DNA from: a virus
Lineage: Duplodnaviria; Caudoviricetes
DNA length: 57,532 nucleotides
Virus record (IMG/VR): IMGVR_UViG_3300017744_000007
Span: 1-57,532 of that record
Direction: 5' to 3' (one strand)
The notes under the pieces were generated by a model. The model saw nothing but the letters and a program-made list of their open reading frames with translations. It was not told the origin of the DNA and did not search any database. Positions 46,520 through 57,500 of the stretch are shown one piece after another; within the stretch, counting starts at the first letter, position 1; the number at the start of each line of letters is the position of its first letter. The position numbers were made by a program, and so were the translations under genes.

Positions 46520-47193
46520 TGGTAGACGATTCCGAATTTACAACTTTCAGAAATGACCCAGCTTTTGCAGGTATGACTGACGAGCAAATAAGACAATTAA
46601 TAAGCTCACCAGGAGCTGTTGTTAATGAAAATGCAAATTTAGACTTTGGAATGCAGGGTGGTCAAGGAATGAATTTAAGTGGTTCTCCATCAATGTCTGC
46701 GATTAATTATGGTAATTCCTTACAAGACCCATACGCATATAGCTCAATGGGTCTAGCTCCTGGTTCTAACTTAGGAGAAAGCACTGACCCTAATCAATCG
46801 CTATATAAAATGTCTCAACAAAACCAAAGTCCTGCTGATGAAAGTTTTAGAAATACTGGCCCTGGTAGCTTAATAAACACAGTTACTCAAGGAGTGAATT
46901 TAGTAAGTAAAGTAAAGCCATTGTTAGGTACGGGTGGACTAAAAGGAATTTTAGGAAAAATTGGAGGTGGCGCAGGATTGCCTGCACTAGCTCCTTTAGC
47001 TCCTTTAGCTTTAGGTGCTGGTTTGCTTATGTACCGTAAGCATAAAAAGAAAAAGAGAAAAGAAGCAAGAGAAGCAAAAGAAGAAGCTCAATACAAAAGC
47101 AGAAAGTTAGAGCAAAAACAAGATTTAATTGATGCTAATACAGACTACATGGAAATGGCTTCTAAATATAACAATACTTACGACATATCATAA
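46519..47193 (+). CDS. putative ejected cargo protein with a Gly-rich TM segment
   Basis: Low-complexity N-terminus, GGGAGLPALAPLAPLALGAGLL helix, basic coiled coil. Confidence 0.6.
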   Translation: MVDDSEFTTFRNDPAFAGMTDEQIRQLISSPGAVVNENANLDFGMQGGQGMNLSGSPSMSAINYGNSLQDPYAYSSMGLAPGSNLGESTDPNQSLYKMSQQNQSPADESFRNTGPGSLINTVTQGVNLVSKVKPLLGTGGLKGILGKIGGGAGLPALAPLAPLALGAGLLMYRKHKKKKRKEAREAKEEAQYKSRKLEQKQDLIDANTDYMEMASKYNNTYDIS

Positions 47194-49742
47194 TGGCAAC
47201 AGAACAAGAAATATATAATTACCTAAGAAATAAGCCAGGCGTTACGCACGAACACGCTATGGGCATGATAGCTAACATTAAAGCTGAAAGCGCATTTGAC
47301 TCTGGCGTAAGAGGAGACTTTATGATAGCTGACCCAACGGGTAAATTAAAAAATAAAGAAAAGCTAGTTAACAAAAAAGGAGGTAGTTATGTTTATAGCG
47401 AAAATCATCCTACAAAAGCTGGTCAAAAAGTAGAAGAAAATTTAATAGCAGACATTAGTCCATCAGCAGGAGGTTTATTTCAACATCAAGGAAGTAGATT
47501 TAAAAATATGGTTGATGCAGTTGGTGAAGATTGGAAAACTAACTGGAAAGGACAAATAGACTTTGCGCTACAAGAGACAGACGGAAAAAATTATTTAAAA
47601 CAAGATTTTACTTCTGTTGCAGACTCTACAAAATCATTTATGATAAATTTTGAAAGGCCTGCTAACCAGTCTCAAGAAAAAATACAATCAAGAATAAATG
47701 GAGTTGCTGATTTAGACTTAGAATCAAACTATACTACGGCTAAAGAGGTTACTGTAGACGACATAGAAGCTAAGTACGGGCCAAGCGCTAGATTTACTGA
47801 AATAAATGGACAACAAAAAATAACATATACAGATAAAGATGGTGTTTTTCAACAAATAGATAGAAATACATTTTTTACAAACGACACAGAACTTACTGTT
47901 GATGAAAAAATACAACAAAACAACAACGAAGAAGAAGAAGTAGAGTTAAATAATGAAGAAGAAGTAAGTGAAGATAATGAATCTAATACAATTCAAACTA
48001 AACTAGAAAGGTCTTACAGAGTTTATGACAATAAGACTAAAGAGTATATTAGCATTAATTCTAACTATAATACAGAAACTAAATCTTGGGAACATACTAC
48101 TAGTAGCGAAACAAGTTTAACCGAAGAAGAAATAAATCAAATTGGAGGAATGTATACAGACCCACTTGGAAAAACACCAGGAGGAGCAAGCTCTAATTTT
48201 AAAGAAGAAAAACTTGAAGATGGCACTACTTATTATAGGCCGTATTTTGGAGATGGTAATGAACAAGTTTCTTTTCAAAAAAGATTCTCGTTTTTTGATT
48301 CTGCTCCTATACAAAAAGAAACTGACGTAAAAATATTAAAACAACTTTCTGATGCAGAAAGCGAAAAAAATATTAATAATGCAGATGTAATTTTAGAAAA
48401 CGAAAACAAAAAACAAAAAAAAGAAGACGCTAAAAAAATTAATGCAGCTAATATTAATATTGCTAAGTTAAAATTAAGATACGAAAAGACTAAAAGCCCT
48501 AAAGATAAGGTTGCTTACGAAAAAGCTAAACAAGAATTAAATAATATAAATAATAGCATAAAACAAAGAGATGCAAGTAAAAACTTAAGCAAACTAGTAC
48601 AGCAAGAAAAGGATTTAAGAAAACAACTTGCTGAAATGCAAAAAAATCCAGACAACTTTTCTTTAGAAGATATTAATTCTATTAAAGCAAAAATAGACAA
48701 AGTTGCTATTGATTTATCTACTAACACTGGTAATGTTATAACAGAAGGCCCGTTTGGAAACACTATTGAAGACGTACAGAATGTAGTTATTGAAGATAAA
48801 GATTTAATTTTAAACTACAATAGCAAAGAAATAGCTAATGAAGGTAAGCCTGCAATTATACCTCCTAAAGTAGAATATACTGATGATGGAGAAGAAAAAA
48901 TAGTTAATGAGTCAGACGAAGATGTAGTAGATGGAACAGACGACCCAGTCGTTGGAAACATAGATGGTGATGGAGACGACTTAGCTAATGACGATTTAGC
49001 TAATGACGATTTAGCTAATACAGGGGGTCTTCCTGAAATGACTGTACAAAAAGGATTGCTAGACAGCATAGGAGGTTTTAGCACTGTTGCTTCTGCATTG
49101 ATAGGAGCTAAAGCATTAAAGGCTGCTAACGAGCCGCAAGCTGAAATAGATATGCCTGAGCTTTCTGATGCTTTTAATGCAGAGCTATATCAGCAAGAGC
49201 AGTTATCAAAAAGAGGCTTTAGTCCTGACCAAGAAGCTGCGGCTAGAAAACAGATTAGCGACTCTTATGCTTTAGGTATAGAAAACGCTGTTAGAGGAAC
49301 TGCTGGAGACAGAGCTAAGTTGTTAGCTATGAGCGGTGTGTTAGACTCGCAAAGACAAGCTGCATTATTAGACTTTGCCGCGAAAGACGATGCTGCAATG
49401 CAAGCTAATAAAGAGCAGTTTAATAGAACATTAATGTTTAAAGAAAAGTTTGACATTAATAACGCTCAACAAATGAGGAATGAAAAAATGCAAGAAATTA
49501 ACAATAGATATAGCACAAATCAACAATTAGCTGCATCGGCTTTTAAGTATGCTATGGATAATGTTAATAATGCAAAAGCAGACGCAATGCAAAATCAACT
49601 TACACAAGTTATGATAAATGACGCTAGCGCAGGTTATGATGTAAAAGAAAAATATTCTTCTGGACTTTTAGGTAAATTTGCTTCTAGGGTTTTGCCTGGA
49701 CTATTTGGAAATAATGAAAACAATACAGAAACAGAACAATAA
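47193..49742 (+). CDS. cargo protein with N-terminal phage tail lysozyme domain
   Basis: A.G..ANI.AES, GLFQ..G.R, Q.DF...E, F...FERP: Phage_lysozyme2-type motifs, then coiled coils. Confidence 0.78.
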   Translation: MATEQEIYNYLRNKPGVTHEHAMGMIANIKAESAFDSGVRGDFMIADPTGKLKNKEKLVNKKGGSYVYSENHPTKAGQKVEENLIADISPSAGGLFQHQGSRFKNMVDAVGEDWKTNWKGQIDFALQETDGKNYLKQDFTSVADSTKSFMINFERPANQSQEKIQSRINGVADLDLESNYTTAKEVTVDDIEAKYGPSARFTEINGQQKITYTDKDGVFQQIDRNTFFTNDTELTVDEKIQQNNNEEEEVELNNEEEVSEDNESNTIQTKLERSYRVYDNKTKEYISINSNYNTETKSWEHTTSSETSLTEEEINQIGGMYTDPLGKTPGGASSNFKEEKLEDGTTYYRPYFGDGNEQVSFQKRFSFFDSAPIQKETDVKILKQLSDAESEKNINNADVILENENKKQKKEDAKKINAANINIAKLKLRYEKTKSPKDKVAYEKAKQELNNINNSIKQRDASKNLSKLVQQEKDLRKQLAEMQKNPDNFSLEDINSIKAKIDKVAIDLSTNTGNVITEGPFGNTIEDVQNVVIEDKDLILNYNSKEIANEGKPAIIPPKVEYTDDGEEKIVNESDEDVVDGTDDPVVGNIDGDGDDLANDDLANDDLANTGGLPEMTVQKGLLDSIGGFSTVASALIGAKALKAANEPQAEIDMPELSDAFNAELYQQEQLSKRGFSPDQEAAARKQISDSYALGIENAVRGTAGDRAKLLAMSGVLDSQRQAALLDFAAKDDAAMQANKEQFNRTLMFKEKFDINNAQQMRNEKMQEINNRYSTNQQLAASAFKYAMDNVNNAKADAMQNQLTQVMINDASAGYDVKEKYSSGLLGKFASRVLPGLFGNNENNTETEQ
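48975..49019 (+). repeat. 3 x 15-bp tandem repeat GACGAYTTAGCTAAT (DDLAN x3)
   Basis: Directly visible; in frame. Confidence 0.95.
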
Positions 49743-51538
49743 TGGAAATAAATAAAGGTACGTCAGCAGCTCTATTAGGGATTTTTTCTTCAGACAGAAA
49801 GGCTGCAAAAGCAAGAGAGTTAAATATTGCACAAACGCAATATCAAATATCTCAACAAAAACAACAACAGCAGTATCAGCTGTCTCAGACTTTAGCTCAA
49901 AACAGACAAGTAGCAAACAAGACAGCCGCTGGAATAACTACTAGAAAAGCTGATGCACAACAATTAGTTACTAACCTCGACAATGTTATTGATGACATGA
50001 AGCTTGGCGTAGCTAAGTATGGAGGTAATGTAATGAAGTACATGATTGCTGAAGGTACTGACAAGTGGGCTACAGCCATTGGAGACTATGAAACAAAGAT
50101 TGGTGAAATAAAAACTAACGAAGCAGAAGTTGCTAAGTACATAGAATTAACTAATAGTGATAAAGCTCACTTAGCTATGGATAGAGATGGGCAACTTTTA
50201 AAAGACTATATAGATGGCAAAACTAATACCTTTAGATTTTCTGGGCAAATACAAGAGATAGGAAACTATCAAAGCGCAGTTAGTTCAGGTAGAGAGGTTT
50301 TACCTTCTGATGTATTAGCAGGAAACGAAGGAAAAAATCAGCAAATAATTATTTCTAATTACATGAGAGAATATGGAATAACAGACCGTTCTCAAGTAAC
50401 TCAAGCTAACCTAGATAATTACATTACTCAAAAATACCTAAATAATCAGCCAGGGATGATGGGTACTAAAGAAGATGATAGAACTGTAGGAGGAGAACTG
50501 CTTAATTCAGCTCAAACCTTACAAGAAATAAATCTTAATGACACTAATCCGTTTTCAGCAAATGCTTCAGAAAATATATTTTCAGTTGTTGAAAGTGAAC
50601 TTGGTAGACATGGTTACACTAAAAAAGCAAAGCCTGAAACTAAAAGGGGCGTAAATGTAGTTGGTAGTGGAAGAGTTTATGAAAACTATGAAGATAAAAT
50701 TACTAAAAGTGTATTTGGTTCAGACAATAAAATGTTAAAGAATGTAGAAGCTGTGGGATTATTTAAACAATCTGATGGTTCTCAAATAGAAGAAACTCAA
50801 TGGTACGGAGAGACTTTAGGCGGAGAAAGTGAAACTTATGATTTAGAGGTAACAGGTTATCATTATGCTTACAAGTATATAATAGACGGCAAAGAACAAC
50901 TAGCTGTTATGACAGATGACCCTGCAAAAAATGAAGAACTAAGACGAAATTACGAAGCTAGCGGAGCAAAGCCTTCTATGGTTATGGTTGCTCAGTTAAG
51001 AGAAGACGACCCTATTAGAGACGATTATTATTATAAAGAAATAAAAATGTCTGAAAGTTTAGCTTCTGAAATATCTAGTGAAGCTGATTTTAAAATTATT
51101 TCTAATGAAGCTAGTGATAGAAAAAATCAAAAAGCTCACAAAGACAATAAAAGAAAAAATAAACAGCAAAGCATTCTAAACATCTCTGCTAATCATTTTG
51201 ATGGTAATGATGTTTTTGTTGAACAAACTCAATCAGAAGCTGCCAATACGCTTTTACCTGTATTTAAAAGACATGGTGTTTCAAACTCTATGTTTACTCC
51301 ATTACTTTCTAGTTTAATGGCTCAGTCGTCTAGTATGTCTGATTTGTTTAGTAGAATAGACTTAATAGACGAAGCGCTATCAGATAAGAGTAGTAAGGTA
51401 GGTCAAGCTTTATTAACAAACAATATATCAGAGTTTAATGGTTTTGTAAAAAATAGCTTAAATTCGCAACAAGAAATAAATGAGTTCCAACAGTTACAAA
51501 ACGACTGGAATCAACTAAACGCAAATTCACAATATTAA
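49742..51538 (+). CDS. putative ejected cargo protein
   Basis: 598 aa with a Gln-rich N-terminus; between the lysozyme cargo and the giant ORF. Confidence 0.6.
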   Translation: MEINKGTSAALLGIFSSDRKAAKARELNIAQTQYQISQQKQQQQYQLSQTLAQNRQVANKTAAGITTRKADAQQLVTNLDNVIDDMKLGVAKYGGNVMKYMIAEGTDKWATAIGDYETKIGEIKTNEAEVAKYIELTNSDKAHLAMDRDGQLLKDYIDGKTNTFRFSGQIQEIGNYQSAVSSGREVLPSDVLAGNEGKNQQIIISNYMREYGITDRSQVTQANLDNYITQKYLNNQPGMMGTKEDDRTVGGELLNSAQTLQEINLNDTNPFSANASENIFSVVESELGRHGYTKKAKPETKRGVNVVGSGRVYENYEDKITKSVFGSDNKMLKNVEAVGLFKQSDGSQIEETQWYGETLGGESETYDLEVTGYHYAYKYIIDGKEQLAVMTDDPAKNEELRRNYEASGAKPSMVMVAQLREDDPIRDDYYYKEIKMSESLASEISSEADFKIISNEASDRKNQKAHKDNKRKNKQQSILNISANHFDGNDVFVEQTQSEAANTLLPVFKRHGVSNSMFTPLLSSLMAQSSSMSDLFSRIDLIDEALSDKSSKVGQALLTNNISEFNGFVKNSLNSQQEINEFQQLQNDWNQLNANSQY

Positions 51539-51539
51539 G

Positions 51540-54500
51540 ATGGGAAAATTTTCTGACGCTGGTAGTTTTTTTAATTCAAGAAATCAAAAACCACAAGCTC
51601 CGCAACAACCAGACTCACCTTCTGCTAACTTGCAGAATCAACTATTAAAAGAACAAGTTGATGCTACAACTAAAAAAAGAGAAGGAGGGTATGATGCTTT
51701 TCAACAACAAAAAGGAGGATTTACTATAGACCAACAAGGACAGCGTGTAGCAAACACCCAAGAAGATATTTTAATGAGTGGAGGCACAAAGCTTGGAAAA
51801 AGTTTAGTTGCTGGTACTGGTGACGTTATAGAGCAGGTTGTAGACTTAACTCAATTAGTTTATAACTTTGCAACACCTTTTGCCGCAGTAGAAAGGGCTG
51901 CTGGATTAGACTTTAGCAAAAACTTTTTTGACTGGGTTAAAGAAAATACATCTCAAGAATTACAAGACTATGCTGTAACATATCAAAAGCCAGGGTCACA
52001 AGACTTCAAGTGGTCAGACATGGCAACAGCAGACTTTTGGACTACAGACTTTGCAAGACAAGTCCCTAACTTATTATCAATGATAGCAGGGGGTGCAGGA
52101 CTAGTTAAAGGAGCAGGAACTCTTATGACTAAAATGGCAACTAAGTCTATTGCAAAAGGTGGAACAAGATTATCAAAAGCTGGAGCATTATCTTCTAAAG
52201 TTGTAGACCCAGCAGGTAGAACTATTGGACAGATAGGTGGTAAAGGTATTGGTAAATTATTTACAAGAACAAAAGGTTCTGTAGGACTAAGTACGAGAGG
52301 AAAGCTTGTAGCTGGTATTGGTGGCGGTGCAGGAATGAACTTAGTTGATGGTGGTATTGTTGCTGGTATGGCTTATGATAGAGCAATAGAGGAGTTTGGA
52401 AACGATGACGAGGGAAGAAGATTGGCTGGACAAATAGCTGCTGATATATTTATAGACAATACCAAGTGGATGGCAGTAGACGCTTTGTCCTGGGGATTTA
52501 CATTTGGAGGTGGTTCTAAGGTTATATTAGGTAAAGCAACGCAGAAATTAGGTCAAATAAAAAATGGATTTGGTAAAAGAGCTGCAAATATATTAGTTAA
52601 TGCTAGTGCTGGTTCTGCTGCTGGTGCTGCTATTGCTGGTGCTGCTACGTTAGGAGAAGAGGGTATGGGTGACGCTATTAAGACAGGAGCGTTAGCTGGA
52701 CTTAGTGGTGGACTTCTTAAAGGAACTAGAGGTGTAAAAGCTGCTGGTATGTTAGCTCCAGAAGGTATTGAAGAGATGTTTCAGGAAACTTATCAAGAGT
52801 GGATTGAAAAGAAAGCTTTTAACGAAGCTAGGGGTGAAGAAGAAAAAACACCTACCTACTGGGACTTTTATTCATCTGATGAAGCAAGAAAAACAAAAGC
52901 TATATCGCTTATATCTGGTATGGCTGGTTCTACCGTGGGTGGATACACAAATTTAATTAATGACGTAGCAGACAGGAGTTTTGAAAATGACAAAAAAATA
53001 GATGCTATAAGCTCTATAATGGATAGGGCCAACAATTCAGAAGATGATACTTATGAAAAAACATCTGCAATGTATGACATGGTTTCTCAGTCTGTAGCTG
53101 ACCAAAACGATGACAACTTATTAGCCTGGATAAATGGAGAAGCAAGTAAAGAAGGTGGTGCTGTTGATGCAAAACTACAAACTGAACTTGTTTCTTTTAT
53201 GGAGAAACAAAAAAAGACTTACGAAAAAATAGGTAGTGGTATTAAAAACATTAATGAAGGTGAAAAGTCAAGATTGTTTAGAATGCAAACTGGTATTGCT
53301 AAAAATGTTGCTGAATTTAAAGAACAGTCTGACATATACAACGAAGATAAAGCTGATTTAATTAATCAAATTAAAGAAATAGAAAATAGTAATTTATCTG
53401 ACACTGCAAAAAAACAAGCCATAAGTAATTTTAATGAACGTATAGCAGAGTTAGATGCAGACTTTAATGAATTAAAAAACAAAATTAACACTGCTAACAG
53501 CGAAATACAAGAAGAAATAAACACCTATACTACTAGTTTAATTACAAAATCTAAAGTAAGAAAAGCAGCAAGCGTAGAAGGTATTAAAGATGCCGTTAAA
53601 TCCGCTACAAGTCAAATAGGTAAGTTTGGTAAAGGAGTAAAAGAATTTTCACAAGGAGTTTTTGACGGTGTAAATAAAGCGAAAGCAGACTACACAAAAA
53701 GAAAGCAAGAGGAGCAAGCACAACAAGCTGAACAAGCGCCAGAAGGACAAGAGCCTACTTTAGGTGAGCAGGTTTTTGATATGCCTAAAGAAAATGTGTT
53801 CAACATAATGACTCAAAAATTTAGAGCGTTTTATAAGGGTAGTAAAGATATTGATACTGATATGTTCACAGACGAGCAGTTAGATAAATTAATTTCTGAA
53901 GCATTTACTGAAAACGGAGTAGACGGAACAACAAGTCAAGAAGAGTTTGCAGCTAAAATTGAAGCAATAGAAAAAACTCTTAACGAAAAGCACAAAACTT
54001 TTGTAGAAAATAAAGCTAAAGCTGCTGAAGATTCTGAGTCTACTAAAAAGTCTCCTTTTCAAAAAGCAAAAGAAAAGGGAGCAGAAGTTATTGGAAAAGT
54101 TGTAGATAATGTTAAAGAAGGAGTTGAATCTGTTAAAGAAGCCCTTACTAAAAAACAACCTAAATTTGAAAAACTTAGCGTTTTAGACCAGACAGACCCA
54201 AACAATATTATTGTTAGTAACGAAGAGGTTGTAGAGGAAATACAAAAAAGAAAAGGAGGCGATGTTTATACTCAAGAAGAGTTTGATATAGTAAAAAAAG
54301 AATTGAAGGAAAAAAAAGCTGAAGAAAACAAAAAGTCTGATACTCCTAAAGTTAAAGACGATGTTTCTTCTGATGTTATAGAAGATGTAGAGTTTGAAGA
54401 GGTTACAGAAAACTCTGAAAAAGATAATCCTTTAAAAGCTAAAATTAACGAAGAGTTTGATAAAGAAATTGCTGAAATTCAAGCTGAAATAGATAAAGAA

Positions 54501-57500
54501 ACTGATGAAGAAAGAATAAAAATACTTCAAAAAGCTTTGGCTGAAGTTAAAGAGTCTAAACTTAGAAAAGTACAAGGAGAGCCGTCAAAGCCTATAGGCA
54601 AAAAAGAGTCTGTAAGAAAGGCTAAAAAAGATGCTAAAAAAGCTAAAGACAAATACAAGTATAGCTGGTATAATCCTTTAGGAATATTAGAAAGAAGAAA
54701 TTTTAGAAAAGAAAGAACTAAAAAGGTAAAAGAAGCTATAGCTGAATTTGACGAAGCTAAAAAACAAAACTCACTACATTATGTTTACGCTTTAAAAGAC
54801 GCTAACTATCCTGGCACTGCTATTGTTACTTTAGCTGAAATGTCGCAAATGTTTGGTGAAGCAGGTACTTCTGCTGTAGTAAACGCAACTATATATGCCG
54901 CTAACGGACCAGACTTTGCTAACATAGTTAAACATGAGTTTGGACACGTTTTGTATCCTTTGTTTAAAGACACTCCTTTAATGCAAGACATTAAGAGACT
55001 TATTCTTGAAGATGGTAAAATAATTAAAAATATAACGCAGACTTATCCTGAGTTAATTTTATTTGACACAGAATTAGGCCCACAAACTATTGAAGAAATA
55101 ATAAGAAATCCTAACGTGCTTAAAAATATGTTAGACCACAATTCTACTATAGAAGGTGATATAAAAAGTATTGTAGAAAGTTTAAATACAGGTAGAATAT
55201 TTACTAATGAAATAAACTCTTTACTTAAAAAGATAGAGGGCATGGACTCTATATCTATTGCTAAACCAGAAAATCAAGAATTGCTTATAGAGGAAGCTTT
55301 TGCTCATTACCTAGAAAAAGATAGCATTACTCTTGCAGACATAATAGCTAAAGACGTTAAGACTGAGCAAAGACTTAAAAGAAAAGTTAATATTGTTGCA
55401 GAAAAAATTAAAGTTCCTTCTAAGACTACAGACGAACAAAAGTTTGAAATTATAAAAGCAATGGACTCTCCTGCTAATAGAGCAGACACGCTAGAAGAGG
55501 CTTTAGATATTATAAGAAGAAACGCTGACAGCAGAAGTAAAATACATAAGCCTAAAAGAAGTTCTAGGGTTATGAGAAAAAAACCAAACAAATCATTAAA
55601 TGATATAGCTCAAGCACATTATGAGAACTCAGAGCTTGTTAAAGCTATTCTTATAAACAATAGAGGAGCGTATGACTCTATGATTATGTCTTCTATAGAA
55701 GAGCTGTCTGGTAAAGAATTGTCACAAGAGCAAATAAAAGAGGTTTTACAAAAAGAAGCTCGTATATTTTTAAATGTTATTAATAAACAAGAGTCCGCTA
55801 CCTCTGGACTTATAAATAAAAACAAAAATTATCAATATGACGAAGCAAGTATAGACGACATATCTGGCTCAGTATTAAGTGAACTTATAGCAGAAGGTAC
55901 TTTAGGTAATAATGAAATTACACAAGCTTTAGAATTAGCTGGAATATTAGATAAAAATTCTGAAAGAATACCTTTCTTGTTTGAAGAAGAGTTAGATGAC
56001 TTTGTGATGACAAAAGACTCTAATGACAATGTCGCAATACAGAACGAAAGGTCTTCTACATCTAAATTTATAGACGCTTTTGTTCTTTACTTAAATAGCG
56101 AAAGAGGTAAATTTTTATTAGAAAGCGGAAAGCTAGAAGGAGAGTTAAATCTTTACAACGAAGGAGCTATTAGAAGGGCTATTAGAAAAGAGTTTAGACA
56201 GGCTTTAGTTCCTAAAGGAGAAAATGTGTTTATAGCAGACTTTATGGACTCTATAATTAATCCTAAAACGCCTCTATTAAAAGCATTTAAACAATTTACT
56301 TTAGAATTATATAAAGATAAATACGGAAGTGTTGCTGGCTCTAATCAATACTTAAACGCTATAGCAAGAGGAATACATCACGAACAGTCCTCTAATGTTG
56401 TTGAGTCAAGAGATATTTTATTTTACACAGAACAAGACTCTGATTACTTTATAGAACCCAGCATAGCTGAGTTTGAACAATTTGTAATTGAAGACCTTAT
56501 TACAGACAATGAAACAAATGTAAGCTTAGATAGACTTAACCTCTTAAAAGACTCTAAAAGAGTTAATATGCTTGAATTAATAGAGGCTATAGGTGATATT
56601 AAGTTTAAATCTAAATCTGTACAAGCATATTTAGACCAATTTGCAATACAAGAGTCTTTTACTTTTATGCACAAAGGTAAAACGCTTAAAGCTGTAGACG
56701 TAGTAAATGATATTATTAAGTCTAACGGTAAAATAGATTCTGAGTTACTAAAAAGCATAGCAACTGAAATAACAATGCTTTCAAGAGACCTTAATCAAAT
56801 TACAATGGTTGATATGGCTAGACTTGAAACTGGCACAAGTCTTCTAAACAAGACATCTTCGTTGTATGAAGGCTTTAGTTCTATGAAGCAATATCTTATA
56901 GACAAAACTAAGACTACAAACAAAACAATTAAAGAAGTTTCTGATAATTCTGTATTTGATTATTTAATAAACAAACTAGGAATAGACCCTAAAATTTCAG
57001 CTTCATCTGGAGTAAGAGTAACAGATATTGATGGAATGATAAAAGGTGATAGTTATGTAAACCTTTCTCCTGACGAAATATTAATGAGTGACATTTTAAG
57101 AATGCTTACTGTAGACGAAGACTCATATCAAATGCCTATAATGGTATTTAGTGAAAAGTCTAGGAGATACAATGTTACTGTTCCTAAGTATAAAGATTTA
57201 AGAACTGCTGGAGGAAGCTTAGAATCTGACTTTGTAGAATTTTTAGCTAAAGAAATAGAGGGTGCAAGATATTCTAAAGGAAATAAGGTTTCTAACCTAT
57301 TTAAGTCTAGCCCAGGCTCTACAGTGCTTGAGAGAATAGTAAACAAAGAAGAACTTAAAAAACAAGTTAAGTTTTTAGAAAATTATATTAAAGACAATCC
57401 TTACATAATTAGCAACTTAATTCAAAACGGAGTTATAAAGTCTACTGACGGTAAAGTTCCTGTAAAATTACTTGAAGATTTAGTTGTAGCTACAGCTCTT

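Noticed and set aside
53889-57346. Minus-strand ORFs listed in the track
   Set aside because: Antisense shadows of the giant plus-strand ORF; the same applies to most short opposite-strand ORFs nested in long genes elsewhere.
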